Virus record (IMG/VR): IMGVR_UViG_3300045988_098116
Location: 19,627 to 83,626 of that record
DNA length: 64,000 nucleotides
From: a virus
Strand: one strand, 5' to 3'
This document shows, one piece after another, positions 24,557 through 33,706 of this stretch (position 1 is the stretch's first letter; the number at the start of each line of letters is the position of its first letter). The position numbers and the translations under genes are program-made. Under the pieces are notes generated by a model that had not been told where the DNA came from, made no database searches, and was given only the letters and a program-made list of their open reading frames with translations.

Positions 24557-25485
24557 GCAGCGGCATCTATGGCATCCACAACCTCGTCAATGACAAGTGG
24601 TATGTGGGTCAGGCGGCAAACATCCGTATGCGTTGGAACGCTCACCGGAGTTTGCTTTCGCGGGGCGCTCGTGATTCCATCCACTTGCTTCGCGCATGGA
24701 GAAAGTACGGTGCCGATGCCTTTGAATGGGTAGTCCTTGAAGAGTGCCCTGTGGAAGAACTTGATCAAAAGGAAATTGAGTGGATCAATAGAAAAGACTC
24801 ATATCGTAACGGCTATAACCGCACCGTAGGGGGCGGCGGTTGCCGGGGGTTTTCGATGCCCGAAAGCGCAGTACAATCCAAATCAGAAATTACTAAGGCG
24901 TATTGGGCAGACCCTGTTCACCGCGAGTTTCGCTTGGCTCGTATGCACGAGACTATGACTACTCCCGAATACCGAGCCAAATTGTCCGCCGCTGGTCAGC
25001 GGAATTGGAACGACCCCGCTTTCCGCGATGAATCCTTACGCCGTATGCAGGACGGCGCTCGTGACCCCGAGAAGAAAGCTAAACGCTGCGCGGCTATTGC
25101 CGCTTCTCTGCAACGCCCATCTACCCGCGTTCTGTTATCTGAAAGTTCTAAAAAGAACTGGCAGTCTGAAGAATATCGGGCGAAAATTTCTGCCAAACGT
25201 TCGGAGTGGTTAAATGATGAGTACCGGGAAACTATCAGGCAGAAATCTCTTGCCCGTTGGCAGGACCCTGCGGAAAGGGCCAAAATGTGTGCCGGGGATT
25301 CTCGTGCTGCGCGGAAGCGTGCGCCCCGCGTTGTGTTGGTTGAAACCGGTCAGGTTTTCGAGTGTGCCGCCGAGGCGGCGGAGTTCCTTGGGCTGAAAAA
25401 TCACTGCCATATTGGTTCCGTGTGCCGTGGTAAGCGGAATGTGGCCTACGGCTACCACTGGCGCTACGCAGACCCGGAAGATTAA
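24553..25485 (+). CDS. GIY-YIG homing-endonuclease-like protein with NUMOD-type repeats and C-terminal HTH module
   Basis: GIYGIHNLVNDKWYVGQA..R...H, EIEWI, YN. Repeated W.DP..R motifs. C-terminus VVLVETGQVFECAAEAAEFLGLKNHCHIGSVCRGKRNVAYGYHWRY. Confidence 0.85.
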   Translation: MSSGIYGIHNLVNDKWYVGQAANIRMRWNAHRSLLSRGARDSIHLLRAWRKYGADAFEWVVLEECPVEELDQKEIEWINRKDSYRNGYNRTVGGGGCRGFSMPESAVQSKSEITKAYWADPVHREFRLARMHETMTTPEYRAKLSAAGQRNWNDPAFRDESLRRMQDGARDPEKKAKRCAAIAASLQRPSTRVLLSESSKKNWQSEEYRAKISAKRSEWLNDEYRETIRQKSLARWQDPAERAKMCAGDSRAARKRAPRVVLVETGQVFECAAEAAEFLGLKNHCHIGSVCRGKRNVAYGYHWRYADPED

Positions 25486-26021
25486 TCCCAATCGTCCTCT
25501 TCCCGTATCATCCCGGTATCTTCCGCCAGCTCCAGTGTGGGGTCCGCTCCGTTCATGGCCCGCACCAGTGTTTCTTCCGCCCTGCCGTCCAGCATCTCCT
25601 CCACGAAGTTGCGGAAAAAGGGTCTGTTCTTTGGCCGTCTGCCCCAGTTGTACGCGGGGTCGTTTTTCTCGATCCGGTTCACCAGGTCGTCCCCGTCCAC
25701 ATGGGGGGTTATGGGTTCTCCGTTGCCGTCCGTTGCGCCGCTGGGGTGATACAGCAGCGTCAGGTTCATGCCGCCGTCCCGCTCATCCGAATACACCGTG
25801 GCGCTGGCGTTCATGTCCGCCAATCCCTTCGTGCCGCGCCGGCGCACATACTCCTCCGGCACCAGCTTGTCGTATACGTCCTCTACCACGTGCTCCCGCA
25901 AGCACTGCCGCATTTCCTCCGCCAGTGCGGGGCGCGATGCGCGAAAGGCATCCTTTACCTGCTTTTCCAACGCCGCCATGTCCTGCTCAAACCCGCTGAA
26001 CTGCCCCACCAGCTTCGCCAT
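25482..26021 (-). CDS. tail assembly/completion protein (by position upstream of tape measure)
   Basis: 179-aa acidic-tailed ORF; its stop overlaps the GIY-YIG stop on the other strand (TTAA). Confidence 0.4.
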   Translation of the reverse strand: MAKLVGQFSGFEQDMAALEKQVKDAFRASRPALAEEMRQCLREHVVEDVYDKLVPEEYVRRRGTKGLADMNASATVYSDERDGGMNLTLLYHPSGATDGNGEPITPHVDGDDLVNRIEKNDPAYNWGRRPKNRPFFRNFVEEMLDGRAEETLVRAMNGADPTLELAEDTGMIREEDDWD

Positions 26022-26130
26022 GTCTCGCGCCTCCCCTCTCTCACATACGCCAATGCGCTGTCTTGCTTCAGCGCACTCGCGTCTGCCCCCTCCCCCGCCT
26101 TGCGGCAGGGGAGGGGATTTTTTGTTGTCG

Positions 26131-27246
26131 TCAGGCTTCCTTCACGCTCACAGCGCACTGGTCGGTGTAGGTCGTGTCCTCGTACACAAAGGTCACGGTC
26201 ATGTCGCAGTCGCCAGCAGTGGCTCCTGCGGAGATCAGTCCGCTTGCGTTCACGGTGGTGCCGCTGGGTGCGCCGTTCAGGCTGTAGGCGCACTTGGCAG
26301 GATCCAGCACCGCCAGCTGGCCGTTCTCCAGCACCGCCTGGGGCTTCACCTGCGCCGTGCCGCTGACGGGGACGTTGATAACGCCGCCGATGGCGGTCAC
26401 GATGCCCGTCACTACCTCAGCGCCGTTGTCCGGCACGTACACGTACCAGCCCAGGGTGCCGCCGGCGCAGTCCTCGCACTTGTCAGAGATCACGCTCTCG
26501 TCCGTGCTCAGTGCGCGTCCCACGATCTGCGTGGTGTCGTAGTTGCTCTGGCTGCCGGTCACGGTGGCGGTGTCCGCCTGCAGCTTCAGCGGTACGTTGA
26601 TGTACAGCCAGCCCTGGCGGGTTCCCTCGTTGGTCTTGGCGTTTACGTTGCCGTACACCGCCAGCTGGGCGGTGAAAAGGCCCACCTTGCCGTTCATGCC
26701 GGTGTTCAGCTTGCCGCACATGGCGCTGAGCTTGTTCACGAAGTACCACACCTTGTACTCGGTGCCGCTCACCGCGGTAAAGCCGCTGATGGTGCCGTCC
26801 GCCGCGATCTCATAGGCGATGCCTCCCTGCTGGATGCCGGAAGCCTTCTTGGTCTCCTGCACATAGGCGTAGGGCTTTGCCATCGCATACTGCGCCACAG
26901 GGGCGCCGTCGGTCACGTCCACCTTCAGCACGGTGCTGTTTGCTGTCACCACCTGGCACACCGGGGCCACAGCGTTGTAGGTCACAGCGCCGCCCACGCC
27001 CGCCATCTTCGTCCGCAGGTCGAAGTTGGCCTGAGTGAAGTTCACCTGGATGTCCGGGTCGCTCTCGATGATGGTGGCAATGCCGTTGTTCAGTCCGGCA
27101 CGCAGGGGATCGCCGTTCACGGTCACGGTGATGTTGCCTTCCTGGAACTTATTGCTGCTCAGCAGGATCTGACCGGTTTCCATGTCGGCGAACTGTGCAG
27201 CGCAGATGCCGCGGGTATACAGTCTCGGATCGGTAAAAGTAATCAT
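26131..27246 (-). CDS. major tail protein candidate with C-terminal Ig-like (BIG2-type) domain
   Basis: ATG 27246 after AAAAAGGAG; C-terminus YSLNGAPSGTTVNASGLISAGATAGDCDMTVTF resembles bacterial Ig-like group 2 domains; position upstream of chaperone/TMP. Confidence 0.55.
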   Translation of the reverse strand: MITFTDPRLYTRGICAAQFADMETGQILLSSNKFQEGNITVTVNGDPLRAGLNNGIATIIESDPDIQVNFTQANFDLRTKMAGVGGAVTYNAVAPVCQVVTANSTVLKVDVTDGAPVAQYAMAKPYAYVQETKKASGIQQGGIAYEIAADGTISGFTAVSGTEYKVWYFVNKLSAMCGKLNTGMNGKVGLFTAQLAVYGNVNAKTNEGTRQGWLYINVPLKLQADTATVTGSQSNYDTTQIVGRALSTDESVISDKCEDCAGGTLGWYVYVPDNGAEVVTGIVTAIGGVINVPVSGTAQVKPQAVLENGQLAVLDPAKCAYSLNGAPSGTTVNASGLISAGATAGDCDMTVTFVYEDTTYTDQCAVSVKEA

Positions 27247-27357
27247 TCCGCTTTCACTCCTTTTTGATATAAAAAATGGAGGCAAAGCCCCGGTTTCCCG
27301 TTGGCTTCGCCCCACTTGGCGTTCCGCCCTGCCCGCTTGCAGGGCCTATTCCCTTCT

Positions 27358-28164
27358 CTATGCCTGTCCCATGCCACGTGTCGCTTCCTCCACGGGCCGC
27401 AGTGCCGTGTTGCCGTCGCTTCCCCGGTCATAAAACAGGCTCGGCCACGGGTTGCCCCGTTTCCACTGTGTTCCTCTCGCCTCCGCGATGGTGCAGGTCA
27501 TGTACCCCAATATCCGCTGCCACGTTTTTGCTTTCGTTTGCAGCTTCAGCAGTGGCCACGACTCTATTTCCGTCTCCTCCGCGTGTTCCAGCGCGGCCAC
27601 CGTCGCCACCCGTTCCCACGCATCTCCGCTCAGTTTTGCGCCGCCGTTCATCTCCGCCAGCTCCCGCTGCGCTTCCACCAGTTCCGGGTTGGCCTCCGGC
27701 GGCGTCAGCTCAATTCCGTTCTGTGCGGCGATGATCTCCCGAAGGTACTGGAACTGCGCCGGCGTAATGCGCCACAGCTCCTCTCCGTGCAGCACGAACT
27801 CCACCGCCGTCAACCGGCTGGGGTCTTTCGTGTCCACCTTGCAGCGAAACGCCTTCAAGCGCTCGTCCAACGGCTTTCCTCTCCCCAGCCGCAGGGAGAG
27901 CGCCAGCATCAAAAGCGCCCTTGACAGCAGCCCCACTGTCTCCTCTCCGCGCCCCATCGCGTCGTACTCCATCTTGTAGTAGGCCGCCAGCAGCGGCATC
28001 ACAGCATACGCCACAGGGAGGCTCTGCTGCACGATGTCAATGCCCGGTCGCGCCAACTCGAATGTCTCCATCTCCTCCACAAGGATGGGGTACAGCGTCA
28101 GTCCCTCCGCCTGTACTTCCTCGTACCTGCGGCAGGCCCTTTCTATGCTCTGTGAGATCGGCAT
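27358..28164 (-). CDS. hypothetical structural-module protein
   Basis: 268-aa ORF in late operon. Confidence 0.5.
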   Translation of the reverse strand: MPISQSIERACRRYEEVQAEGLTLYPILVEEMETFELARPGIDIVQQSLPVAYAVMPLLAAYYKMEYDAMGRGEETVGLLSRALLMLALSLRLGRGKPLDERLKAFRCKVDTKDPSRLTAVEFVLHGEELWRITPAQFQYLREIIAAQNGIELTPPEANPELVEAQRELAEMNGGAKLSGDAWERVATVAALEHAEETEIESWPLLKLQTKAKTWQRILGYMTCTIAEARGTQWKRGNPWPSLFYDRGSDGNTALRPVEEATRGMGQA

Positions 28165-28337
28165 ATCAGCTCTTTTCCTCCCTCACGAAACACCTTTACG
28201 ATAATAGCCTTGACTTCATTTCCCGGCTCCAGCACCATGCACCGGCAAACTTTTTTCCATTTTTCATCCATAGCAAACGTAGCCAGCTTTCCGCAGTACG
28301 GACACGTTGCTGTTTTATAGAAAATTACTCTGTTCAT
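28143..28337 (-). CDS. small Zn-ribbon protein
   Basis: 64 aa, CPYCG...C.C. Confidence 0.4.
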   Translation of the reverse strand: MNRVIFYKTATCPYCGKLATFAMDEKWKKVCRCMVLEPGNEVKAIIVKVFREGGKELICRSHRA

Positions 28338-28371
28338 AATTTCTATACTCCTTATTGATTATGCAGTTTTC

Positions 28372-28674
28372 TTATAAATGGATTCCCGCCTGTACCAGCA
28401 GCGCCGTCACCGCGCCGCCCAGTACCAGCCACACCAGTTTCTCTACCACGTCGTTCCACCGCTTTGCCGGCAGGTTCGTCAGGCTCTTTACGTCCTTCTT
28501 GACCTCCGACAGGTCATCCCGCATATTCTTCTGTTCCCGGGTCATCAGCGCCACCGAGGTCGCCAGTTCGTTCATCGCTTTCTGCCACTCGGCCAGCTCG
28601 TTTATGCGGTGCGTGTTGCTTTTGCTCCGCTGTTCCACCTCCGTCAGCCGGTGGTCAAAAGTCACTTCATCCAT
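28372..28674 (-). CDS. coiled-coil protein with C-terminal TM anchor (XhlA-like architecture, tentative)
   Basis: ATG 28674 after GGAGGG; MDEVTFDHRLTEVEQRSKSNTHRINELAEW...VWLVLGGAVTALLVQAGIHL. Confidence 0.4.
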   Translation of the reverse strand: MDEVTFDHRLTEVEQRSKSNTHRINELAEWQKAMNELATSVALMTREQKNMRDDLSEVKKDVKSLTNLPAKRWNDVVEKLVWLVLGGAVTALLVQAGIHL

Positions 28675-28694
28675 CTGCGCCGCCCTCCGTTCTC

Positions 28695-29390
28695 TCAGAA
28701 TGTAGTCACGACGCTTTCTTCGTCGCTGTCCGCCCAAGCAAGGCTCATGTGTACGCGCCGTCCCACGTTCATTCCCTGGTCGTATATGGCATGGGATCCG
28801 TTGTCCGTATGTGCCCCTCTGTCAAAGGTCATCACCCCGGCTCCGCCTATGTTCACGCCGTTCAGTGCCTCAATGATGCACTGCTCCATGTCATAGCTGC
28901 GGGAGTAATCGTCCGTCCGTGTGGTGGTCTCGTGTCCGTAGTTGCACAGTATGTCGAAGTATATTCCTACCGCCGCTGTAAAGGGTGTCTTTGGAATCAC
29001 CCGCCCGATGTACACCTTTACCACCGTCTGCGCCATGCTCTGCGCCTGTCCCCAGTATTCCAGCGGGAATAGCCTGTACCCCTTGGGGTGCTTTGCCTTC
29101 TGCTCCTCCGTGTCCACCGCCGGCGACTCACCGTCAAACACAATGCTCAGCTTTTCCTCCGCCGTGGGCAGGGGCTGGGCCAGTGGGTTCGCCCCGTCGC
29201 AGCAGATGTACTTCATCAGCCGCACCCTGGGTCTTGCGTTGTCGTCCACGGGCGTGTACCCGTTCCTGTCCGGCAGGTCCAGCAGGTAGTTCACGATCTT
29301 TTTCGGTATCTTCTCCGCACCCTTAAAGGTGCCGTAACCGGTTTCCACACGCTCAAATGGATAGTAGGGGCTGTCGAAATCTGTGTTCAC
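28695..29390 (-). CDS. hypothetical structural-module protein
   Basis: 231-aa ORF (GTG start) following a 106-bp intergenic region. Confidence 0.5.
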   Translation of the reverse strand: MNTDFDSPYYPFERVETGYGTFKGAEKIPKKIVNYLLDLPDRNGYTPVDDNARPRVRLMKYICCDGANPLAQPLPTAEEKLSIVFDGESPAVDTEEQKAKHPKGYRLFPLEYWGQAQSMAQTVVKVYIGRVIPKTPFTAAVGIYFDILCNYGHETTTRTDDYSRSYDMEQCIIEALNGVNIGGAGVMTFDRGAHTDNGSHAIYDQGMNVGRRVHMSLAWADSDEESVVTTF

Positions 29391-29420
29391 GCCCTCACCC
29401 CGCTTTCCGTTTTCCTAATT

Positions 29421-29498
29421 GTTTCACATGAAACATTGTATTATTCGTTGCGTTTTTGATATTTTTGCAACTTTTATTTCCGTTGCGTTTTGAATATT
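29421..29498. promoter_or_regulatory. intergenic control-like region: palindrome GTTTCA-CA-TGAAAC plus two tandem copies of the CGTTGCGTTTTGA(A)TATT element
   Basis: Exact 24-mer at 29475-29498 identical to 6270-6293; degenerate copy at 29441-29464; only sizeable gap inside this part of the late operon. Confidence 0.5.
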
Positions 29499-30054
29499 AT
29501 TTTGTTCCCTTCTGCACCTGTTCCGCCAGCTCCACCAGCTCCTTCATGCTCTCCGGCGTCATGGCCGCCGCGCTGCTCATGGCCATCCGCGCCACCACAT
29601 CGTTCATCACCGCCAGATTGGCGTTGATCTCCGTGTTCAGCATCTTCTCCAGGTCCCGGTAATCCGCCAGCAGGTCATACGCCTTGTCCCGCAGGGCGTC
29701 GCTCTGCTTCTTCATCCGGTCGATCTGGTTGACCAGCTGCACACCGCCCACCAGGTCGTAGTCGTCGGCGCTCATCAGCCACTTGTCCTCCTCGCAGCCC
29801 TCAAAATCCAGCCGCAGATACGCCCGCGACAGTATGCCCATCAGGTAGCGCCGTTTCCGCTGTCCGTTCTCCCGGTACATGGGCGGCACGTCGCCCCGGA
29901 AGCGCTCCCCGGTATCCACCACCACCCGGTCAATGCACCTCTCCGCGCAGTGGCTCACGATGGCCGCCTTCTCCATCAGCGGCACATAAGCGTTGGCCTT
30001 GGCGAATACCTCCTTCATGGTAATGGGCTTGCGCTCTTTAATGCTGTTTTCCAT
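29497..30054 (-). CDS. hypothetical structural-module protein
   Basis: ATG 30054 after GAAAGGAG; 185 aa. Confidence 0.5.
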   Translation of the reverse strand: MENSIKERKPITMKEVFAKANAYVPLMEKAAIVSHCAERCIDRVVVDTGERFRGDVPPMYRENGQRKRRYLMGILSRAYLRLDFEGCEEDKWLMSADDYDLVGGVQLVNQIDRMKKQSDALRDKAYDLLADYRDLEKMLNTEINANLAVMNDVVARMAMSSAAAMTPESMKELVELAEQVQKGTK

Positions 30055-30099
30055 CTCTCCTGCTCCTTTCAGATTCATAATGGAAATTCCCTCACGTAT

Positions 30100-30279
30100 T
30101 TACTTTTTCTCCATACAGCGCAGTGAGCAGTGCCGCCACTGCGCTGCGTTTTCGTACCGTCCGCTGTCCGGGCAGTGGTACTGGTAGCAGCAGAAGTCGT
30201 GCTCTCCCGTCTGCTTCCTGCACCGTATGATGATCTCCCCTACCTTCCGGTAGGCGCTCTCACATATCGGCTTTGCCAT
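30100..30279 (-). CDS. small Cys-rich protein (59 aa)
   Basis: MAKPICESAYRKVGEIIIRCRKQTGEHDFCCYQYHCPDSG...; only the 3' end of track ORF 30100-30702 is credible. Confidence 0.4.
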   Translation of the reverse strand: MAKPICESAYRKVGEIIIRCRKQTGEHDFCCYQYHCPDSGRYENAAQWRHCSLRCMEKK

Positions 30280-30284
30280 CGTTC

Positions 30285-31604
30285 TTACCACCCCTCCAGT
30301 GTGATGTCCGCGCTCACGCTCTTGCCCTTGCAGGCTGCCGTAACCGTCAAAGGCTTTACGCTCCCGCCCCAGCAGTACACGGTGGCGGTGCTGCCGTCCA
30401 CCTCTGCGGTGTAGCTGTCCTCCGCCGCCCCGGTGAAGGTCCATTCCACCGCGTCTCCGGTCTCCGCGCCGTTCTCGGTGTATATGGCCGTCAGCACGGT
30501 CTTGCCGTAGGCTTCCAGTCTCTCCACCGGATCCGTCTGCCAGTGTACGCCGCTTACGCTCTCTGCCACCGTCACGGCATAGGTGCCGTAGTGCTCCTCG
30601 TTCTGCACCAGCACCGCCGTGATGGTGCACTCTCCCTCGCCCACCGCCGTCACGTTTCCCGTGGGGTCCACCCGGCATACGCTCTCGTCGCTGCTGTACC
30701 ACAGATAGCGGGTGGGGTGTTCTGTGTCTCCGTCCGCCGCCTCTCCGTTTCGCAGGGATGCGGCGGTAAACTTTGCCTTTTCTCCCGTGCTCATGGCCGC
30801 CCTGCCGCTCACGTTCACCTCCCAGGTGAAGGGATAGGCGTTGGCCACCCGGCGAACCAGGTCGTCCTTCTCCCTATCCGGCTCCGTCATCCGCGCCGTA
30901 AACCGCAGCAGCCGGCAGCTCTCGTCGTCTCCGGTGAACTCCTGCGCCACGTCCGCGTAGCCGGTGATCTGATACGCCATCCGCCCCAGGATCAGGCGGC
31001 TGTTCACATCCAGGTTTTTCGTTTCGCCGTTGCGCTGTATGGTAATGTTGAAGTACCCCTGCATGATGAGCATGGTCTCCTGAAAGTCGTTGGCGTTGGC
31101 GTTCAGTTTCACGTTTTCCACCACCATCGGTTCCTTCAGCACGTTGCCGTACCAATCCAGATGGTTCCATGTGGCGTTGCACCGCCTTATGATGCCCCCG
31201 CCCACGGCAGAGGATATGTTGGCCGGGTTCGTCACCAGCCATGTGGAGCCCATTGTCTCCATTTTTGCGCCCTCCGGCACATATTCGATGCGCCGGTTTA
31301 CAAACAGAACTTCCTTATAGTTGTCTATGGGCCGGTCTATGGCGTTGCCCTTCTTCCGCGCATCGGCAAGGCGTACCAGCTGTTCGCTCCACTCGTAGAA
31401 GTTGTTGGGGTCGCTGTCCAGCCCCTGCACCCGGCACGCGGTGTAGTCGCTGGCGTATTTGCCGTATGTCTGCACGAATCGCGCCGTTGGATCTCCAAAG
31501 TAGGGGTTGCGCCTGTCGTTGTACTGTGCGGGGCGGTTGGTGGGTGCCTGCGGTCTCTCCGCCATTGCGGCGATATTGCCAAGATTGTTCTTTACGTCCG
31601 CCAT
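30285..31604 (-). CDS. structural protein with C-terminal Ig-like (BIG2-type) domains
   Basis: 439 aa; YLWYSSDESVCRVDPTGNVTAVGEGECTITAV and a second Ig-like repeat near the C-terminus. Confidence 0.6.
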   Translation of the reverse strand: MADVKNNLGNIAAMAERPQAPTNRPAQYNDRRNPYFGDPTARFVQTYGKYASDYTACRVQGLDSDPNNFYEWSEQLVRLADARKKGNAIDRPIDNYKEVLFVNRRIEYVPEGAKMETMGSTWLVTNPANISSAVGGGIIRRCNATWNHLDWYGNVLKEPMVVENVKLNANANDFQETMLIMQGYFNITIQRNGETKNLDVNSRLILGRMAYQITGYADVAQEFTGDDESCRLLRFTARMTEPDREKDDLVRRVANAYPFTWEVNVSGRAAMSTGEKAKFTAASLRNGEAADGDTEHPTRYLWYSSDESVCRVDPTGNVTAVGEGECTITAVLVQNEEHYGTYAVTVAESVSGVHWQTDPVERLEAYGKTVLTAIYTENGAETGDAVEWTFTGAAEDSYTAEVDGSTATVYCWGGSVKPLTVTAACKGKSVSADITLEGW

Positions 31605-31623
31605 CGCCCGTCACCTCCCCGTT

Positions 31624-32346
31624 TCACAGGAACTGGTATCGTCCGTACCCGCCCCGGCCTCTCTGCACCGTGTTCAGGAACGTACAGTCCTGCTCATACT
31701 TGTGCATCTCGTCCATCAGCCTTGCCCGGTTCTTCTCCTGCTTCGCGGCGCCCTCCTTCATATAGGTGCCCTCGTTCACCGTGTCAAAGCTCGCGTCCTT
31801 TATCTTCATTTGGTCGTTCAGCCAGTTGCGGAAGAACCGCTCGTCCCATACGCTTGCCACGCACAGCCCAAGTATTCGCTTCTGCTCCATTGTCAGCTCG
31901 TGACCAAATTCACCGTCTGTGTAAAAGTCCAGCGTGTAGTTTATTCCCGCCATGTCCTGCATAGGGAACGTCACCACGCCTGTTTCGGCGTTGTAGCTCG
32001 CCCCGGTGTACGGCACCGCCGTCATGCCGCCCGTCACATCCTGCTCCACAATGGCGCAGGAAAACAGCTCGTAGCCCACCATTCCGGTGTCCACTTCCGT
32101 TTCTCCCACCAGGCTGTCCTCGCTGCTGGTCCAGTAGTAGTCGCCGTAGCTTGGCTGTACCAGCCCCTCACCCAGATACGCTCTCATCTGCACCGGCAGG
32201 GAGAATAGGGGGATGGCGTTCACCATATACAGGCTCATCCTCCGCAGGAACGCCGCCGGGTCGTTGGCTGCCTCCTCCTGCAAGCGCACGTCGTCTATGG
32301 CCACCATCGCGTGGTTCGATATGACCTCGCTCCACTTCGTCCCCAT
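31624..32346 (-). CDS. hypothetical head-tail module protein
   Basis: 240-aa ORF in late operon. Confidence 0.5.
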   Translation of the reverse strand: MGTKWSEVISNHAMVAIDDVRLQEEAANDPAAFLRRMSLYMVNAIPLFSLPVQMRAYLGEGLVQPSYGDYYWTSSEDSLVGETEVDTGMVGYELFSCAIVEQDVTGGMTAVPYTGASYNAETGVVTFPMQDMAGINYTLDFYTDGEFGHELTMEQKRILGLCVASVWDERFFRNWLNDQMKIKDASFDTVNEGTYMKEGAAKQEKNRARLMDEMHKYEQDCTFLNTVQRGRGGYGRYQFL

Positions 32347-32358
32347 GTTCTCCCCTCC

Positions 32359-32886
32359 TTATGCCGGAATATAGATCGTTATCAGTTCTCCCGCCGTGCC
32401 GTCCGTCAGTGCCACGCCGTCCGCGCCGGTCGAATTTCCGCCCAGCCCCTCCACCAGCGGCGCGTTGCTGGGGTATGTGCTCCTGCCGGGGTACAGATTG
32501 CTGCTGGGCATCAGTCCCGCCTTTTCCGCCTGTGGATACAGGCTTTCCGACGGGTACAGTGTCGCCGAAGGGAATAGCCCTTTCGTGATCTTTACAAAGT
32601 CTCCCACCTGTACCACGGAGCCGGGAGCCACCCGGTAGGTCGCCTCCCAGTCTCCGTTTCCGTACAGGTACAGGGCGTAGCCTTCGCCCTCCGCCAGTGG
32701 GAAGCGCATCTGCCCGATGTTCGGGTAGGTGGAGTTGTTTATCTTCAACCCCGCTTTCCACTTTTCCAGCGCTCCGGGCGCACCATTGACTTGCATGAAC
32801 CGTGCCGCGCCTCCCTCGGCCAGCGGCACCTGCACGACGGAGACGCCCGTATAGGTCACGCCGTTGATCTTTACATCTCTCGCCAT
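32359..32886 (-). CDS. hypothetical head-tail module protein
   Basis: 175-aa ORF in late operon. Confidence 0.5.
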   Translation of the reverse strand: MARDVKINGVTYTGVSVVQVPLAEGGAARFMQVNGAPGALEKWKAGLKINNSTYPNIGQMRFPLAEGEGYALYLYGNGDWEATYRVAPGSVVQVGDFVKITKGLFPSATLYPSESLYPQAEKAGLMPSSNLYPGRSTYPSNAPLVEGLGGNSTGADGVALTDGTAGELITIYIPA

Positions 32887-32904
32887 GCGTTTTGTTCCTC
32901 TCCG

Positions 32905-33090
32905 TCAGGCTATCGTCATCACGCTGCCCGCCACACTGATCTGCGGCGTTGTCATCGTTCCTACGATGGGTGCCCCTCTTTTGTCGTGGGCGGTAGCGCC
33001 TTTCGCCAGTGTGTTGGCCGTCACGCTGTCCATTGACAGGTCCAGCTTCACCGCGCCGTCCACCACGACCTTGTTTACGTTTTTCGCCAT
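32905..33090 (-). CDS. small protein paralogous to the N-terminus of 33119-33706
   Basis: MAKNVNKVVVDGAVKLDLSMDSVTANTLAKGATAHDKRGAPIVGT versus MANQYINKVILNGQVKIDLTADSVVPAKLLKGITAHDKTGATITGT. Confidence 0.5.
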   Translation of the reverse strand: MAKNVNKVVVDGAVKLDLSMDSVTANTLAKGATAHDKRGAPIVGTMTTPQISVAGSVMTIA

Positions 33091-33118
33091 CGCCCTTTTA
33101 CCTCGTTTCCTCCGCTTC

Positions 33119-33706
33119 TCAGGCGCCGATGGTCAGCGTCACGCCGCCGGCCTCGTTGTCCGTCTCGCTCACGGGGATAGCGTTCACCGTCACGCTGGAC
33201 AGGCAGTTGAACCCCTCGTCGGGCAGGACCTCCTGGCTGGCAAAGGTGGGGGTCACAGTCTTGGCCTGTGCCTTCATGTCCTCGCTGCCGGACATGGTGC
33301 CCTCCACGCCCAGAATAGTCACACCCTCGCGGATGTTGGTGGCGATGAGCTTGGCCTGCTCCGCCTCGGCGATCTGCACGGTGCCGCTTCCGTCGTGGAA
33401 GCCCAGGGGCACGGTATACACCTGCGCCTTGGTGGTGATGCTGCCAGCCACAGCGCCGTTGTTGGGCATCGTACCAGTGACCTCCGCGCCCTTCACAAAT
33501 GCGGTCTTGCCCAGCAGGATCTCCGCAGCGGACGCGGTAGCGCCGGAGGTATCCGCATCAAAGGTACACGTACCCGTGATGGTCGCACCCGTCTTGTCGT
33601 GGGCAGTAATGCCCTTGAGCAGCTTGGCAGGCACCACGCTGTCGGCGGTCAGATCGATTTTTACCTGTCCGTTCAGAATTACTTTGTTGATGTACTGATT
33701 AGCCAT
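33119..33706 (-). CDS. hypothetical structural protein
   Basis: ATG 33706 after TAGGAG; 195 aa. Confidence 0.5.
   Translation of the reverse strand: MANQYINKVILNGQVKIDLTADSVVPAKLLKGITAHDKTGATITGTCTFDADTSGATASAAEILLGKTAFVKGAEVTGTMPNNGAVAGSITTKAQVYTVPLGFHDGSGTVQIAEAEQAKLIATNIREGVTILGVEGTMSGSEDMKAQAKTVTPTFASQEVLPDEGFNCLSSVTVNAIPVSETDNEAGGVTLTIGA

Noticed and set aside
30100-30702. 200-aa minus-strand ORF
   Set aside because: It overlaps the well-supported 30285-31604 gene and is Arg/Gly-rich. Only the terminal 59 codons (30100-30279) look like a real Cys-rich mini-protein.
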